From Stellaceae bacterium (GTDB taxonomy: Bacteria; Pseudomonadota; Alphaproteobacteria; ATCC43930; CGMCC-115725), in NCBI GenBank assembly GCA_035934995.1, contig DASYXI010000031.1, positions 2,357-66,356 of the forward strand: a DNA stretch of 64,000 nucleotides, in the 5' to 3' direction. This document shows positions 29,775 to 39,063 of this stretch, in pieces. Numbering within the stretch: position 1 is the stretch's first letter; every line of letters begins with the position of its first letter. Below the pieces are notes generated by a model. The model was given only the letters and a program-made list of their open reading frames with translations, was not told the origin of the DNA and did no database searches. Position numbers and translations under genes: made by a program.

Positions 29775-30077
29775 TCAGTCGCCTTCCTGCATGACCTGGC
29801 CGGCGGGCGACAGCACGATAAAGACTTCGCTGCCGTCCTTCATCGCCGTGCCGTGCCAATAATTGTCACAGCCTTTGCGCAGGCCTTTCACCTGGGTATA
29901 GCCGGCGGCTTCCATTTTCTTTTTAGCTTGCGGCAGCGTCGAGCTATCGAGTTTGTCCTCGGGCGCGCAATTGTTGTGCATCTGGGTTTGCGCGGCGGCC
30001 GGCAGAATGGCCGGCGCGGCGGCGATCAGCGCGGCACCCGCGGCCAGAACGATAAAGCGGTGCTTGAAGATCATCAT
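29775..30077 (-). CDS. small exported protein, PepSY-like domain
   Basis: The ORF track gives 172 aa from 30293, but only the last 100 codons look coding (ATG 30077, AAAGG 5 nt upstream). Signal peptide MMIFKHRFIVLAAGAALIAAAPAILPAAAQ, then ...AAGYTQVKGLRKGCDNYWHGTAMKDGSEVFIVLSPAGQV. Confidence 0.5.
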   Translation of the reverse strand: MMIFKHRFIVLAAGAALIAAAPAILPAAAQTQMHNNCAPEDKLDSSTLPQAKKKMEAAGYTQVKGLRKGCDNYWHGTAMKDGSEVFIVLSPAGQVMQEGD

Positions 30078-30267
30078 ATGGGCCTTTCGCAATATGAGGG
30101 AAAGCCGGATTAGGGCGACGAATTGCGGCAGCATTCGGGAAGGGGTTTTAGCGGTCCGGCGTGGCGGAATCGCGCCGGACGCCGGACTCCATGATGCGCG
30201 AACCCCGCCAGGGAGCCTGCGGCCGCAGGGACGATAGTGGGGTTCAATGGGTGGCTCGAAGCTCACC

Positions 30268-30295
30268 GCCCGACCACAAGGTCGGGCTTTCATCT
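30268..30295 (+). terminator. orphan plus-strand terminator-like hairpin in a 400-nt gap
   Basis: GCCCGACC-ACAA-GGTCGGGC (8-bp GC stem, 30268..30287) followed by TTTCATCT. No plus-strand gene ends nearby. Confidence 0.3.
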
Positions 30296-30476
30296 GGGCG
30301 CTGATCGAACTGATCAGGTGGAGTCATGCGGTTTGGGCACCCTCCATCATGGTTGCGCCAACTCAAACGCTAATCCTCCTGGCGCCACCGTCAATGGCTG
30401 AAATATGAAATCACCGGCAATTTTCTGTCGGCGTGCCGTGCCGCGGAAACCCAGTGCGACCAAGGCGCAGGGGCGT

Positions 30477-31352
30477 TCACCGCATCGAATCGCTGCCGAG
30501 GAAGCGCGAGGGATCGTTATCCGGCGGCACGGTGCGGACGATCTGGGTCGGCTTGAAATCGTCGCCGAGCGCATCGAGCGCGCGCTTGATGCCTTCGACG
30601 ATGGCGCGTTCGACCACGCCGACATTGTATGCCGTTGTCCACACCATCAGACTCAGAACCAAGGCGCCGCCGGCGAAACTCGCCAGAAAAGTCTGCGGTG
30701 CCGGCGCCGACATTACGCCTGGAACCTTGGCCGCGACCTCGATCAACGTCTTTCGCGCACGTTCGAGATCGGCAGTGGCGGGCAGGTTGATATCGACGTT
30801 CAGAAGTCGGCCGCCGTTGCGCGTGTCGTTCTTGAGCGGCGTGTTCCAGATCGCCGAATTGGGCATGAACAGGAATAGGCCGTCGAAAGTGCGCAAGCGG
30901 CAATTGAACAGGCCGATTTCCTCGACTGTGCCGCTCTGGCCGCCAACCTCGATATAGTCACCGATGCGGAACGGACGAAGCCACAGCAACATGATGCCGG
31001 CGGCGATGTTCGACAGCGTGCCTTGCAGCGCCAGACCGACGGCGAGACCGGCGGCGCCGACCACGGCAAGCAGCGAGGCGGTCTGGATGCCGAGCTGACT
31101 CAGTGCCACGATCACGGTCAAAATGACGATGGCGTAGCGCACCGCCGCGCCGAGGATCGGCTTCAGCATCGGATCGACGTGACCGACACCGCCGAGCAGC
31201 CGGCGCAACGCGCGCTCGATCCAGCCGGCGACGATGAAGCCCACGACGAGGACCGCCAGCGAAGCGAGCACTCTCGGCATGAAGGTCTCGGCCCATTGCC
31301 AGATCACATCGGCCACGTGAGTGAGGTGTTGCAGATTGACGTCGTTCGACAT
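30477..31352 (-). CDS. mechanosensitive ion channel (MscS family)
   Basis: 291-aa ORF. N-terminal TM helices, then GIMLLWLRPFRIGDYIEVGGQSGTVEEIGLFNCRLRTFDGLFLFMPNSAIW. Confidence 0.85.
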   Translation of the reverse strand: MSNDVNLQHLTHVADVIWQWAETFMPRVLASLAVLVVGFIVAGWIERALRRLLGGVGHVDPMLKPILGAAVRYAIVILTVIVALSQLGIQTASLLAVVGAAGLAVGLALQGTLSNIAAGIMLLWLRPFRIGDYIEVGGQSGTVEEIGLFNCRLRTFDGLFLFMPNSAIWNTPLKNDTRNGGRLLNVDINLPATADLERARKTLIEVAAKVPGVMSAPAPQTFLASFAGGALVLSLMVWTTAYNVGVVERAIVEGIKRALDALGDDFKPTQIVRTVPPDNDPSRFLGSDSMR

Positions 31353-31397
31353 GGTGCGCGGCGATCATGCCGAGCGCAGCCGCGATGTCAACGGCGC

Positions 31398-32411
31398 TCA
31401 GTGATAGCCGATGTCGGCGCGCACCTTGCCGCGGAACACCCAATACGACCAGCCGGTGTACATGAGGATGACCGGCAACAGGAACAGCGTGCCCACCAAT
31501 AAGAAGGCCTGCGTGCTGGGCGCCGACGCGGCCTGCCAGAGCGTGAATTTGTATGGCACGATCATCGGCCACAGGCTGATCGTGATGCCGAAATAGGACA
31601 TGAGAAAGAGCCCGATCGCGCCGATGAACGGCGCCGCCTCGGAGCGATTGTTGAGCGAGCGCCACTCCCAAAATGCCAGCACGACGGTGATGATCGGCAC
31701 CGGCGACAGGAATCCGATATTGGGCCAGGCGAACCAACGGTGCGCGATGTACGGCTCGGCCAACGGCGTCCACAGGCTGACCACCACGATGGCGACGAGC
31801 ACGCCGGTAAAGCAATAACGGCCGAGCCGGCGCGCCCAGTTTTGCAGATCGCCTTCGGTCTTCATGATCAGCCAGCCGGTGCCAACCAGGCCGTAGCCGA
31901 AAAGCAGCGCCAGCCCCGTGAACAGCGAGAATGGCGTGAAACAGTCGAACGCGCTGCCGCTGAACTGCCGGCCGTCGACTTGGAATCCCTGGATAAACGC
32001 CCCAAGCACGACGCCTTGGGCAAAGGTCGCGAGCGCGGAGCCGTAGCAGAAGGCGTGGTCCCAAAAGGTCCGGTGCTCGACGTCGCGATAATGGAACTCG
32101 AACGCGACGCCGCGGAAGACGAGGGCCAACAGCAACACCAGGATCGGGAAATAGACGGCCGGCAAAATGACGGCGAAGGCCAAGGGGAAAGCCGCCAGAA
32201 GGCCGACGCCGCCGAGCACCAGCCAGGTCTCGTTGCCGTCCCAGACCGGCGCAATTGAATTCATGATGAGGTTGCGCGCGGCGCGATCCGGCGCGAAGCC
32301 GTAGAGAATACCGACGCCAAGATCGAAGCCGTCGAACAACACGTAATAAAACACGCCGAAACCGAGAATGACGGTCCACAGGGGCACGAAATCGAACGGC
32401 AGCACGGTCAT
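31398..32411 (-). CDS. cydB: cytochrome bd-type ubiquinol oxidase subunit II
   Basis: 337-aa polytopic ORF. 4-nt ATGA-type overlap with cydA. CydB-like N-terminus DFVPLWTVILGFGVFYYVLFDGFDLGVG. Confidence 0.9.
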   Translation of the reverse strand: MTVLPFDFVPLWTVILGFGVFYYVLFDGFDLGVGILYGFAPDRAARNLIMNSIAPVWDGNETWLVLGGVGLLAAFPLAFAVILPAVYFPILVLLLALVFRGVAFEFHYRDVEHRTFWDHAFCYGSALATFAQGVVLGAFIQGFQVDGRQFSGSAFDCFTPFSLFTGLALLFGYGLVGTGWLIMKTEGDLQNWARRLGRYCFTGVLVAIVVVSLWTPLAEPYIAHRWFAWPNIGFLSPVPIITVVLAFWEWRSLNNRSEAAPFIGAIGLFLMSYFGITISLWPMIVPYKFTLWQAASAPSTQAFLLVGTLFLLPVILMYTGWSYWVFRGKVRADIGYH

Positions 32412-33814
32412 GGGGAATCCTCCGTACTGGCAACCGGCAAGGCGCGAACCGGTCCCTCCGGCCGGCCGCTGGCGATCGGCTCCTCCGGCGCTTCGGCCGG
32501 CCCGCGCCGAACGACGCGCGCCATCATCGTCAACCCGACCGGATAGATGAGTAGGTAGACCAGAACGTACCCCGCGAGCGACAGCATGACGTCGGTTCCG
32601 GTCAGCGCCGGCGACACTGAATCAGCGGTGCGCAGCAGCCCGTAGACGGTCCACGGTTGGCGCCCGACCTCGGTGGTCGTCCAGCCGGCGATGACGGCGA
32701 CGAACCCGGCCGGCGAGGCGAGCTCACACAGGCGCAGGAACCAAACGGCCTGCAGCCGATCGCGCACCCTGAGCCACCAGCTCGCAGCGACCAGCGCCAA
32801 CATCAGCAAGCCGATGCCGACCATGATACGAAAGGCGAAGAATGGAATCGCCACCGGCGGCCATTGGTCGCGCGGCCAATCCTTCAGGCCGCGGACGGTT
32901 CCATTCGGATCGTGCGTCAGGATCAGGCTGCCGAGATCCGGAATCTCGATTGCGTCGCGGTTGGTCGCGGTCGCCTGGTCGGGTACGGCAAAAAGGATCA
33001 ACGGCACGCGTGCCCCGGTCGTCCAATGCGCCTCGATCGCTGCCAGTTTCGCCGGCTGGTACTGGAGCGTGTTGAGTCCGTGTTGGTCGCCGAGAAAGAT
33101 CTGCAACGGCACGAGCACGGTCAGAAGCCACAAGGTCATCGACAACATGACGCGGCTTTCTTCGGCGAAGCGGCCGCGCCGCAAATAATAGGCGGCGACG
33201 CCGATGACGACGAAACCGGTGGTGACATAGAACCCGACGACGGTATGCGCGAAGCGGTACGGAAACGACGGATTGAAGATGATCCGCAACCAGTCGGCTG
33301 GAAAGAACCGGCCATCGATCACCACGTATCCATCCGGCGTCTGCATCCAGCTGTTGGCGGCGAGAATCCAGAACGCCGAGAATAACGTTCCAAGTGCAAC
33401 CATGAGTGCGGCGACAAAATGCGCCCACCGCGGCACCAACTTGCGTCCGAACAGCAGCACGCCGAGAAACGCCGATTCGAGAAAAAACGCCATGATGCCT
33501 TCGTAGGCGAACAGCGGCGACAAGACGTTCGCCGTAGCATCGGCGTAGCGGCTCCAGTTGGTGCCGAATTGAAACGGCATGACGATGCCGGAGACGACGC
33601 CCATGCCGAAGGCAATCGCGAAGATGCGAGTCCAAAAGGTCGAAAGACGGAAATAGATGTCACGCCGGGTGACGAGGTGCAGGCCTTCGAGCAAGGCGAT
33701 GAACGACGCCGTGCCAATGGTGAACGCCGGAAGCAGGATGTGCCAGGCGATTACCCAGGCAAATTGCAGCCGCGAAAGCAACAAAGGGCTGAATGTCGCC
33801 GCAGTTGTCGACAT
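32408..33814 (-). CDS. cydA: cytochrome bd-type ubiquinol oxidase subunit I (short Q-loop, CioA-like size)
   Basis: 468-aa ORF with LLLSRLQFAWVIAWHILLPAFTIGTASF, typical of CydA. Confidence 0.9.
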   Translation of the reverse strand: MSTTAATFSPLLLSRLQFAWVIAWHILLPAFTIGTASFIALLEGLHLVTRRDIYFRLSTFWTRIFAIAFGMGVVSGIVMPFQFGTNWSRYADATANVLSPLFAYEGIMAFFLESAFLGVLLFGRKLVPRWAHFVAALMVALGTLFSAFWILAANSWMQTPDGYVVIDGRFFPADWLRIIFNPSFPYRFAHTVVGFYVTTGFVVIGVAAYYLRRGRFAEESRVMLSMTLWLLTVLVPLQIFLGDQHGLNTLQYQPAKLAAIEAHWTTGARVPLILFAVPDQATATNRDAIEIPDLGSLILTHDPNGTVRGLKDWPRDQWPPVAIPFFAFRIMVGIGLLMLALVAASWWLRVRDRLQAVWFLRLCELASPAGFVAVIAGWTTTEVGRQPWTVYGLLRTADSVSPALTGTDVMLSLAGYVLVYLLIYPVGLTMMARVVRRGPAEAPEEPIASGRPEGPVRALPVASTEDSP

Positions 33815-34020
33815 CGAAGGCTCCGTCCCGATATTCGACTCGACGAATGCTGCACTTTAAGCCGGGCGCGCCGCAAACGGTTCAACACATGATGTCGCGC
33901 GTCGATCTGTCTGTCAGCCAATGATTTTGGGTCGGAATTTGTTGCCTGCGAACATGTTCAGTATGGTGCCTGGAAGCAGCCTACGCATACGATGGCGCGA
34001 TTGCAGGGGAGAACGGCGCG

Positions 34021-34677
34021 ATGGCTTTGTTTGAATCGCTGTTGTTGGCGGCGCTGCTGGCGCTCGGCGCCGGCTTTGTCGACGCCTACGGCTATATAAG
34101 TCTGGGCCACGTTTTCGTCGCCAACATGACGGGGACGACCGTGCTGCTCGGCGTTGCGGCAGCGCACGGCGACGCCGCTTTGTCGGCCCATTACGTCCTG
34201 ACGGTTGGCGCCTTCGCGGCCGGCGCGCTGATTGGCGCGCTGCTCAAACGCGTCAGTGGTCGCGGCTCGCTGCCATTGCTGCTCGGCGGCGTACTGCTTC
34301 TGGTGCTCGTCTTGGCGCCGTCGTCGCGGATCGAGGCGCTGGTGCTTTTGGCGGTGGTGATGGGGCTGCAAGGTGCGGCGGTGGTGCGGTTCCGCTCGAT
34401 CAGCCTGCAAACCATCGTCATCACCGGCACCATCGTACGGCTCGCCGAAGGCATGGTGACGACCGTTCTGGGCGGCGGCCGGGCCGAACCGCACGTGCAC
34501 GAGGCCAACGTCCACCACGCGCTGACCTGGAGCGGCTATCTCATTGGCGCTGGCATCGGTGGCCTCGCGCTCGAGCGGCTTGGCATGCCGCTGCTGCTGC
34601 CGGCCGCTGCGATGCTCGCGGCCGCCGCGCTGCTCGGCTTGATCGAAGCGCGGGATCCCGAGCCGCGGAAAAAATAG
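34021..34677 (+). CDS. YoaK/DUF1275-family membrane protein
   Basis: 218-aa hydrophobic ORF. GFVDAYGYISLGHVFVANMTGTTVLLG is the family hallmark. Confidence 0.75.
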   Translation: MALFESLLLAALLALGAGFVDAYGYISLGHVFVANMTGTTVLLGVAAAHGDAALSAHYVLTVGAFAAGALIGALLKRVSGRGSLPLLLGGVLLLVLVLAPSSRIEALVLLAVVMGLQGAAVVRFRSISLQTIVITGTIVRLAEGMVTTVLGGGRAEPHVHEANVHHALTWSGYLIGAGIGGLALERLGMPLLLPAAAMLAAAALLGLIEARDPEPRKK

Positions 34678-34728
34678 GCGAGCCCACAGGCCCGCCTATC
34701 CCCTCGCGCGATCGCCAGTAGGTGAAGG

Positions 34729-35745
34729 CTACGGCTTGATGCGCGCCGCCGCTTCCTTGGCGATGCTCAGATCGGCGTACTTGGCGATCTTGATGTCCTT
34801 GGTCAGGAAGCCCAGCTCGCGTTGAGTCTCGATGTTGGCTTGCAAGGCCTTAAGGTCGGGCAGCGCGTCCGGGTTGCGGTAGTAGTCCTTGCCCTTGACG
34901 AAGACCCAAGAGTCCCACACCGGCGCCGGAATCTTGGTCAGGTTGACCGCGATCTGCACCGCTTCGGCGTGGTTCTTAGGATCCTGGAACCAGCGCATGA
35001 CGCGGATCGTGTCCTCCATGAAATCGACCATCGCGGCGCGGTTTTTCTTCAGCCAGCCGGCGCGCGCCACCCAGACGATCATCTGCGTCCGGCCGACTGC
35101 TTCCTTCTGTGTGAACAGCGGATGCGCCGTCTTCAACAGATCGGGATTGGTCGAGAACGGCAGCACGCCGGGAATGAGCGCGACCTTTTTCTCGTCGAGC
35201 ATGTTGCGCATGTTCGGGAACGCCGCCTCGACGATGGTGACGTCTTTCCGGTCGTCCAAGTGATGCTTACGCAGCATGGCGCGCATGGCGATGTCGACGG
35301 CGCTGCCGGCGACGTTGGTCGCCAGCACCTTACCCTTGAGATCTTCGACCGTTTTGATGCCGCTGTCGTTGCGGACGAAATATTGATCGGTGTAGTAGCC
35401 CGGTACGCCGTCCTGGAAGTCGTCGCTGATGACGCGCAGATCGTCGAGCCCCGCGTTCTGGATGGCAAGCGCCAGCGACGAATAAGCGAGATCGCCGATG
35501 TCGAGTTGATCGCTGGCCAGCGCCGTGATCATCGGCGGCGTGCCCTGGAAGCGCGTCACCTCGAGCGTGTAGCTCTTGCCCATGTGCGTCATCAGCTCGG
35601 GCTTGGTCGGCAAGAGCGACGACCAATTGGCGACCGGGACGACGTAGCTGAGACTGATCTTGACCGGGTCGGCTTGCGCCGAAAGCGCGGCACAAGCGAA
35701 CGCCGCCGCGAGGCACGCGGCGAGCGCGGAACGGATCACACGCAT
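34729..35745 (-). CDS. ABC transporter substrate-binding protein (NMT1/THI5-like, NitT/TauT family), orphan
   Basis: 338-aa ORF with signal peptide MRVIRSALAACLAAAFACAALSAQA. No permease or ATPase gene adjacent. Confidence 0.7.
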   Translation of the reverse strand: MRVIRSALAACLAAAFACAALSAQADPVKISLSYVVPVANWSSLLPTKPELMTHMGKSYTLEVTRFQGTPPMITALASDQLDIGDLAYSSLALAIQNAGLDDLRVISDDFQDGVPGYYTDQYFVRNDSGIKTVEDLKGKVLATNVAGSAVDIAMRAMLRKHHLDDRKDVTIVEAAFPNMRNMLDEKKVALIPGVLPFSTNPDLLKTAHPLFTQKEAVGRTQMIVWVARAGWLKKNRAAMVDFMEDTIRVMRWFQDPKNHAEAVQIAVNLTKIPAPVWDSWVFVKGKDYYRNPDALPDLKALQANIETQRELGFLTKDIKIAKYADLSIAKEAAARIKP

Positions 35746-35827
35746 TGGTCCTCCCCTGAGAGTGAGCGCCCGCCGTCATTTTTCGTGCGCGATCCGTGCG
35801 CCGGACCGCGCCGCGGCAGCTATTTTA

Positions 35828-35837
35828 GAACGCGTTC
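35828..35837. promoter_or_regulatory. perfect 10-bp palindrome GAACGCGTTC upstream of the SBP gene
   Basis: Seen directly at 35828..35837, 83 nt upstream of the SBP start codon and downstream of the TetR stop. Function unknown. Confidence 0.2.
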
Positions 35838-35876
35838 ACTATTGGACCCGGTCTGGGCTTTGTCAAGCTGACGGGG

Positions 35877-36521
35877 TCAGCGTTGCGGCCGCAAGCCGTC
35901 GACCAGCACCTGCAGCACGCGGCGGAGCGCCGTCAGCCCGTGCGCGAGATTAGGTTCGTGCTGGTCGTCGGCGAGCCAGCGGCGCACTTCGGCGCTGTAG
36001 ATGTCGAAAATTGCGCGGGCGACCAGCATGTCGTCGCCGGTCGCGACGATGATTCCGTCCGCACGGGCGCGCGCCACCACGGCGGCGACGCCAGCGACGA
36101 TCCGGTCGCGATGCGTCTGAAAACGATGGGCCTCCGGCCCGTGCGTGTAGAAGGTCAGCTCGCGCAACAGGAAGCGCGCGAGGTTCGGCTGCCGCGTGAA
36201 ATAGGCATAGAAGTCGTGGAACACCGCGACCAGCCGGTCGGCGAGCACCGGCGCCGATGACGATTGCGCGAAAGCTTGCGCTGCGAGCTCGATCAGTTCG
36301 TCGTTGAAAATCAGAAACAGCAGGTCGCGTTTGTCGGCTGCGTAGGTGAAGAGCGTGCCGAGACCAACGCCCGCACGCTTGGCGATGGCGCGCGTCGTAG
36401 TGGCGTCATAGCCCTTCTCGACGAACAGTTCACGCGCTGCCCGGCGGATGTTGCCAAGCCGGCGGGCCTTGCTGCGCTCGCGCAGTCCGCCCGCAACCGT
36501 GCGGCCGCCGCCACGAATCAT
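35877..36521 (-). CDS. TetR/AcrR family transcriptional regulator
   Basis: The ORF track extends to 36674 across the divergent promoter. ATG 36521 gives MIRGGGR... with HTH RAARELFVEKGYDATTTRAIAKRAGVGLGTLFTYAADKRDLL. Confidence 0.85.
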   Translation of the reverse strand: MIRGGGRTVAGGLRERSKARRLGNIRRAARELFVEKGYDATTTRAIAKRAGVGLGTLFTYAADKRDLLFLIFNDELIELAAQAFAQSSSAPVLADRLVAVFHDFYAYFTRQPNLARFLLRELTFYTHGPEAHRFQTHRDRIVAGVAAVVARARADGIIVATGDDMLVARAIFDIYSAEVRRWLADDQHEPNLAHGLTALRRVLQVLVDGLRPQR

Positions 36522-36597
36522 CGGTGTCGCCACGGGCGATGTCTCCTTGCGCTGGCCGGCGCCCGCGCTTGACAGTGGCGTGGGCTCAGGCCAAAAG

Positions 36598-36609
36598 TGA
36601 ACACGTTCA
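36598..36609. promoter_or_regulatory. candidate TetR operator in the divergent tetR / SDR promoter region
   Basis: TGAACACGTTCA (10 of 12 positions palindromic) lies 44 nt upstream of the SDR ATG. It is immediately followed by AATAAT (36611..36616, -10-like). A TTGACA hexamer sits at 36569..36574. Confidence 0.35.
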
Positions 36610-36652
36610 AAATAATCCGGCGTCGAGGCTCGACGCAAGGGGAGCGCAGAGA

Positions 36653-37414
36653 ATGGCGCAGCGCAAGACGGCATTGGTGACCGGCGCCGCCAGCGGCATC
36701 GGTGCCGCGGCGGCCGTGGCGCTCGCGCGCGCTGGATACGACGTCGCCATCAATTACAGCCGCAGCGCCGGCCCCGCGCGCGAGGTCGCCGCGCAAGCGC
36801 AGAAACTTGGCGCGCAGACATTGCTCTGCCAGTGCGACGTTGCCGACGATGTCGCCGTGCGTGCGATGCTTGGCGACGTCGCGACGAAGTTTGCGCGCCT
36901 CGATGCGCTGATCAACAACGCCGGCACGACGACCGAAATTCGGCCGAAGGATTTCGACGCGATGACGATCGAGGAATGGGATCGCGTCTTCGCCGTCAAC
37001 GTCCGCGGCATATTCTCGGTGACGCGTGCGGCGCTGCCGCTGCTGCGCAAGGCGCCGCATCCCGCAATCGTCAACACCGCCAGCATCGTCGGCCTGCGTC
37101 CCGGCCCACAGCCACTGCCTTATGCCGCCAGCAAGGCGGCGGTGGTCAATTTGACCAAGACGCTCGCTTTCAATCTCGGCCCTGAAATCCGCGTCAATGC
37201 CGTGGCACCGGGCTGGATGGAAGGCGATTGGATGAAGCGCATGCTCAAGGACAAGTACGATGATCTGATGGGCCGGCGCGCCAAGCTTACGCCGCTGAAG
37301 CGCGTCGTGACCGCCGAAGACGTCGCCGAGACGATGCTGTCGCTCATCGAAGGCAACCGCTTCGTCACCGGCGAGATCGTCGTCGTCGACGGCGGATTTT
37401 CGAGTTCGACCTGA
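36653..37414 (+). CDS. SDR family oxidoreductase
   Basis: The ORF track starts at 36524. ATG 36653 is preceded by AAGGGGAG 8 nt upstream. TALVTGAASGIGAAAA (TGxxxGxG) and YAASKAAVVNLTK (YxxxK). Confidence 0.85.
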   Translation: MAQRKTALVTGAASGIGAAAAVALARAGYDVAINYSRSAGPAREVAAQAQKLGAQTLLCQCDVADDVAVRAMLGDVATKFARLDALINNAGTTTEIRPKDFDAMTIEEWDRVFAVNVRGIFSVTRAALPLLRKAPHPAIVNTASIVGLRPGPQPLPYAASKAAVVNLTKTLAFNLGPEIRVNAVAPGWMEGDWMKRMLKDKYDDLMGRRAKLTPLKRVVTAEDVAETMLSLIEGNRFVTGEIVVVDGGFSSST

Positions 37415-39057
37415 TGCTGCCCGGCGTCGTGCCGTTTCCACCCGCGTTCGCCGACCGCTATCGCGCCAAGGGCTATTGGCGCGACCGGCCGTTGCGCGAC
37501 GAGTTCGCCGACGTGTGGCGCAAGTTCGCTGATCGCGTTGCGCTCATCGACGGTAACCGGCGCTATAACTACGCCGATATCGACCGCATCACCGACAACC
37601 TTGCGCTCAACCTGCTCGATCTCGGTCTCAAGCCGACCGACCGGGTGGTGCCGACATTGCCGAACGTCGCGGAGTTCGTGTTCCTATATTTCGCACTGCA
37701 GAAAATCGGCGCCATCCCCATCGCCGCGCTGGTGACGCATCGCTACAGCGAGATCAATCAGTTCGTGGACATCGCGCAGGCGACGGCGTGCGTCTATCCC
37801 GAACGGATCGGCGATTTCGTCTTCGGTCCGGTGATCAAGCGCATCGCCGACGAGAATCCGTGTCTCAAGCTGCGGTTGGTCCTCGGCCGGCCGGGAGCGG
37901 GCGAGGTGTCGCTGATCGAGCTGATCGAGAAGCCCGCGAAGACGCCGAAGAGTCGACTGACCGGCATCGCGCTCGATCCGACCGATCCGTGCATCTTCCA
38001 GCTCTCGGGCGGTACCACCGGTATTCCCAAGCTGATTCCGCGCACCCACAACGACTATGCGTACAATTCCAAAGCGGCGGCTTCGGTCTGCGAAGTCGGC
38101 GCCGCGTCCGTGCTGCTGCTGACCTTGCCAATCGCGCACAATCTGCCGCTCGCGTGTCCGGGCATTCAGGGCTTTTTCTTCAACGGCGGCAGCGTCGTGC
38201 TCAGCCCGACGGCGCGACCGGAGGACATATTTCCCCTGGTGGAGAAACATCGCATCACGCACATCAAAGTCGTGCCGGCACTGCTGATCCGCCTCATCAA
38301 CAGCGCCGAAGTTCGGCAGTACGACACCGCGTCGGTGCGCTACATCCAGAGTGGCGGGCAGCGGCTGCAGCCCGAGGTGCGGCTGAAAACGCGGGAGCTG
38401 ATTCCGACCGCCTTCGTGCAGGAAAATTTCGGCATGTCGGAAGGCATGCTGTTCTTCGTCCGCCGCGGCGATCCGGACGACGTGCGGCTTGAAACCGTCG
38501 GCCGGCCGATCTCGCCGGACGACGAGGTGCGGCTTTTGGACGACGACGACAACGAAGTGGCGGTCGGCGAAGTCGGCGAGCTTTGCGTCCGCGGTCCGTA
38601 CACCTTGCGCGGCTACTATGGCGCAGCGGAGCACAACAAAAAGGCGTTCACGTCGGACGGATTCTATCGTTCGGGCGATCTGATGCGCCAACACCCGTCC
38701 GGCAATTACATGGTCGAAGGCCGCAAGAAGGATCTGATCAATCGGGGTGGCGAGAAAATCAGCGCCGAAGAGATCGAGAATCTGATCCTGCAGCACCCGG
38801 CCGTGCAGAACGTCGCGTGCATTCCGGTGCCGGATTCCAATCTCGGCGAGCGCATGTGCGCCTGCGTCATCGCGCAGAAGGGCAGGAACCTGACGCTCGA
38901 CGAGCTGGTGAAATTCCTCGCCGCCAAGGAGATCGCCAAGTTCAAGCTGCCGGAACGACTGCAGCTGATGACCGAATTTCCGCTGTCGACCTTCGGCAAG
39001 GTATCGAAGAAGGCGTTGGCCGAGATGATTTCAAATCCGGCGGCAACGGCGCGCTGA
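37414..39057 (+). CDS. aryl-acid adenylating enzyme, (2,3-dihydroxybenzoate)-AMP ligase EntE/DhbE family
   Basis: 547-aa ORF. N-terminus FPPAFADRYRAKGYWRDRPL, core FQLSGGTTGIPKLIPRTHNDY, and YRSGDLMRQHPSGNYMVEGRKKDLINRGGEKISAEEIE. The ATG shares one base with the SDR stop (TGATG). Confidence 0.85.
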   Translation: MLPGVVPFPPAFADRYRAKGYWRDRPLRDEFADVWRKFADRVALIDGNRRYNYADIDRITDNLALNLLDLGLKPTDRVVPTLPNVAEFVFLYFALQKIGAIPIAALVTHRYSEINQFVDIAQATACVYPERIGDFVFGPVIKRIADENPCLKLRLVLGRPGAGEVSLIELIEKPAKTPKSRLTGIALDPTDPCIFQLSGGTTGIPKLIPRTHNDYAYNSKAAASVCEVGAASVLLLTLPIAHNLPLACPGIQGFFFNGGSVVLSPTARPEDIFPLVEKHRITHIKVVPALLIRLINSAEVRQYDTASVRYIQSGGQRLQPEVRLKTRELIPTAFVQENFGMSEGMLFFVRRGDPDDVRLETVGRPISPDDEVRLLDDDDNEVAVGEVGELCVRGPYTLRGYYGAAEHNKKAFTSDGFYRSGDLMRQHPSGNYMVEGRKKDLINRGGEKISAEEIENLILQHPAVQNVACIPVPDSNLGERMCACVIAQKGRNLTLDELVKFLAAKEIAKFKLPERLQLMTEFPLSTFGKVSKKALAEMISNPAATAR

Positions 39058-39063
39058 GGCTCC

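Noticed and set aside
30325-30385. 8-codon minus-strand ORF (MMEGAQTA) downstream of an AGGAGG
   Set aside because: About 20 nt separate the AGGAGG from the ATG, which is too far for a functional Shine-Dalgarno sequence. The ORF is tiny and has no supporting evidence.
30078-30476. Known riboswitch classes in the structured gap (cobalamin, ZTP, guanidine-I/II/III, fluoride, glycine, c-di-GMP, Mn)
   Set aside because: I compared both strands with the conserved cores as I remember them (B12 box, CCGCCUGGGC, GGUCCGAGAG, ACGR loops, and so on) and found no convincing match. I cannot exclude a class I do not remember; cmscan would settle it.
30958-32433. 491-aa minus-strand alternate-frame ORF across mscS and cydB
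   Set aside because: It crosses a gene boundary out of frame and is extremely Arg-rich. The cydB and mscS frames give proper membrane proteins.
33815-34020. FNR/FixK/ANR box (TTGAT-N4-ATCAA) in the cydA / yoaK divergent promoter
   Set aside because: Only weak partial matches (for example TGTT-N7-AACA). Nothing is close to the consensus.
36522-36674. Longer start choices for the TetR (36674) and SDR (36524) genes from the ORF track
   Set aside because: The extensions overlap each other across the divergent promoter, are not protein-like, and lack ribosome-binding sites. The internal ATGs give canonical N-termini.
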